Source: Felis catus (lineage: Eukaryota). From it: a DNA stretch of 64,000 nucleotides. The translations under genes and the position numbers were made by a program. Shown piece by piece: positions 63,509 through 64,000 of this stretch (the stretch's first letter is position 1; every line of letters starts with the position of its first letter). The notes below the pieces were generated by a model. The model saw only the letters and a program-made list of their open reading frames with translations. It did not search any database and had not been told where the DNA came from. Where the stretch lies: the NCBI RefSeq assembly GCF_018350175.1, contig NC_058372.1:3782001-3846000 (forward strand), in the 5' to 3' direction.

Positions 63509-64000
63509 TGACGCAGTTTTGGAGTGGTGGGGGGGTCCAGAGCTGATGGCCAAAAAAGAATTCTTGAGTCGCCTTTGGTGTAAAAAGGTGATAGTATTAA
63601 AGCACGGGGACAGGACCCGGGGGCAGAAAGAGTTACACTGGGGTTGTGATGGGTGACTGATCATATACCTTCAGGTTGGGAGGGCGTTAGGGATAGCATA
63701 AGTCTCTAAGGAGTTTTGGAAGCAGGGTTTCCAGGACCTCGAGAGCCTAACTGCTGTTAGCAAAAGGTCATTTATTACTGTTTAGTAAAACCTCAGTCAT
63801 GAGACCCTTCAGATGTTTATCAGTGGGCCATAAGCTTGGAGTATGAGTGCCAACATGTATCTTGTGATGGTAGAAATAAAGGAAGTTTTCAAAGGAATTC
63901 TTATATGTTAAAGTAGACTTACAGGATCCTGGGGGGTAGGGTGAATGTTAAGATAAGATTACCTTTTGCTCTTAGCAGCAAAGTGTCATCATCCAGGCAG
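63509..64000 (-). mobile_element. ERV LTR of the same family as 58744-59917, running off the window
   Basis: Colinear similarity (aagaattcttga..ctttggtg.aaaaaggtgat; tcatttattac.gtttagt.aaacctcagtcatgagacc), lacking the SINE. Confidence 0.8.

Noticed and set aside
58744-64000. Two similar LTRs as ends of one provirus
   Set aside because: The first has its own 4-bp TSD; the interval holds L1 and other LTRs; no primer-binding site or gag/pol/env seen

Overview
Mammalian genomic DNA from a feliform carnivore, most likely a felid (about 27 tRNA-derived Can-SINE/SINEC_Fc copies). It covers part of the major replication-dependent histone cluster (HIST1) around HFE, inverted relative to the human reference as I recall it. 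Gene order: H1-6/H1t (+), H4C3 (-), HFE (-, six coding exons resolved, 362 aa), H1-2 (+), H3C3 (-), an H2A (-) and H2BC3 (+); the last two share a bidirectional promoter. The four core-histone CDSs are largely N-masked, but the masks appear to preserve length. The rest is SINEs, MaLR/ERV LTRs, L1, DNA-transposon fossils and microsatellites. I found no convincing new biological system. The best leads are: (1) an orphan H2A/H2B-type promoter with possible fossil histone remnants between H1t and H4; (2) an apparent gene-conversion tract in the H1t globular domain; (3) an H2A with intact signals where human has a pseudogene; (4) HFE peculiarities: repeat-expanded signal peptide, uORF, tandem acceptor and in-frame stop-free intron 4; (5) convergent CTCF-like sites bracketing HFE; (6) a perfect 41-bp inverted repeat. 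Human/rodent comparisons are from memory. Repeat boundaries and family names are by eye and approximate.
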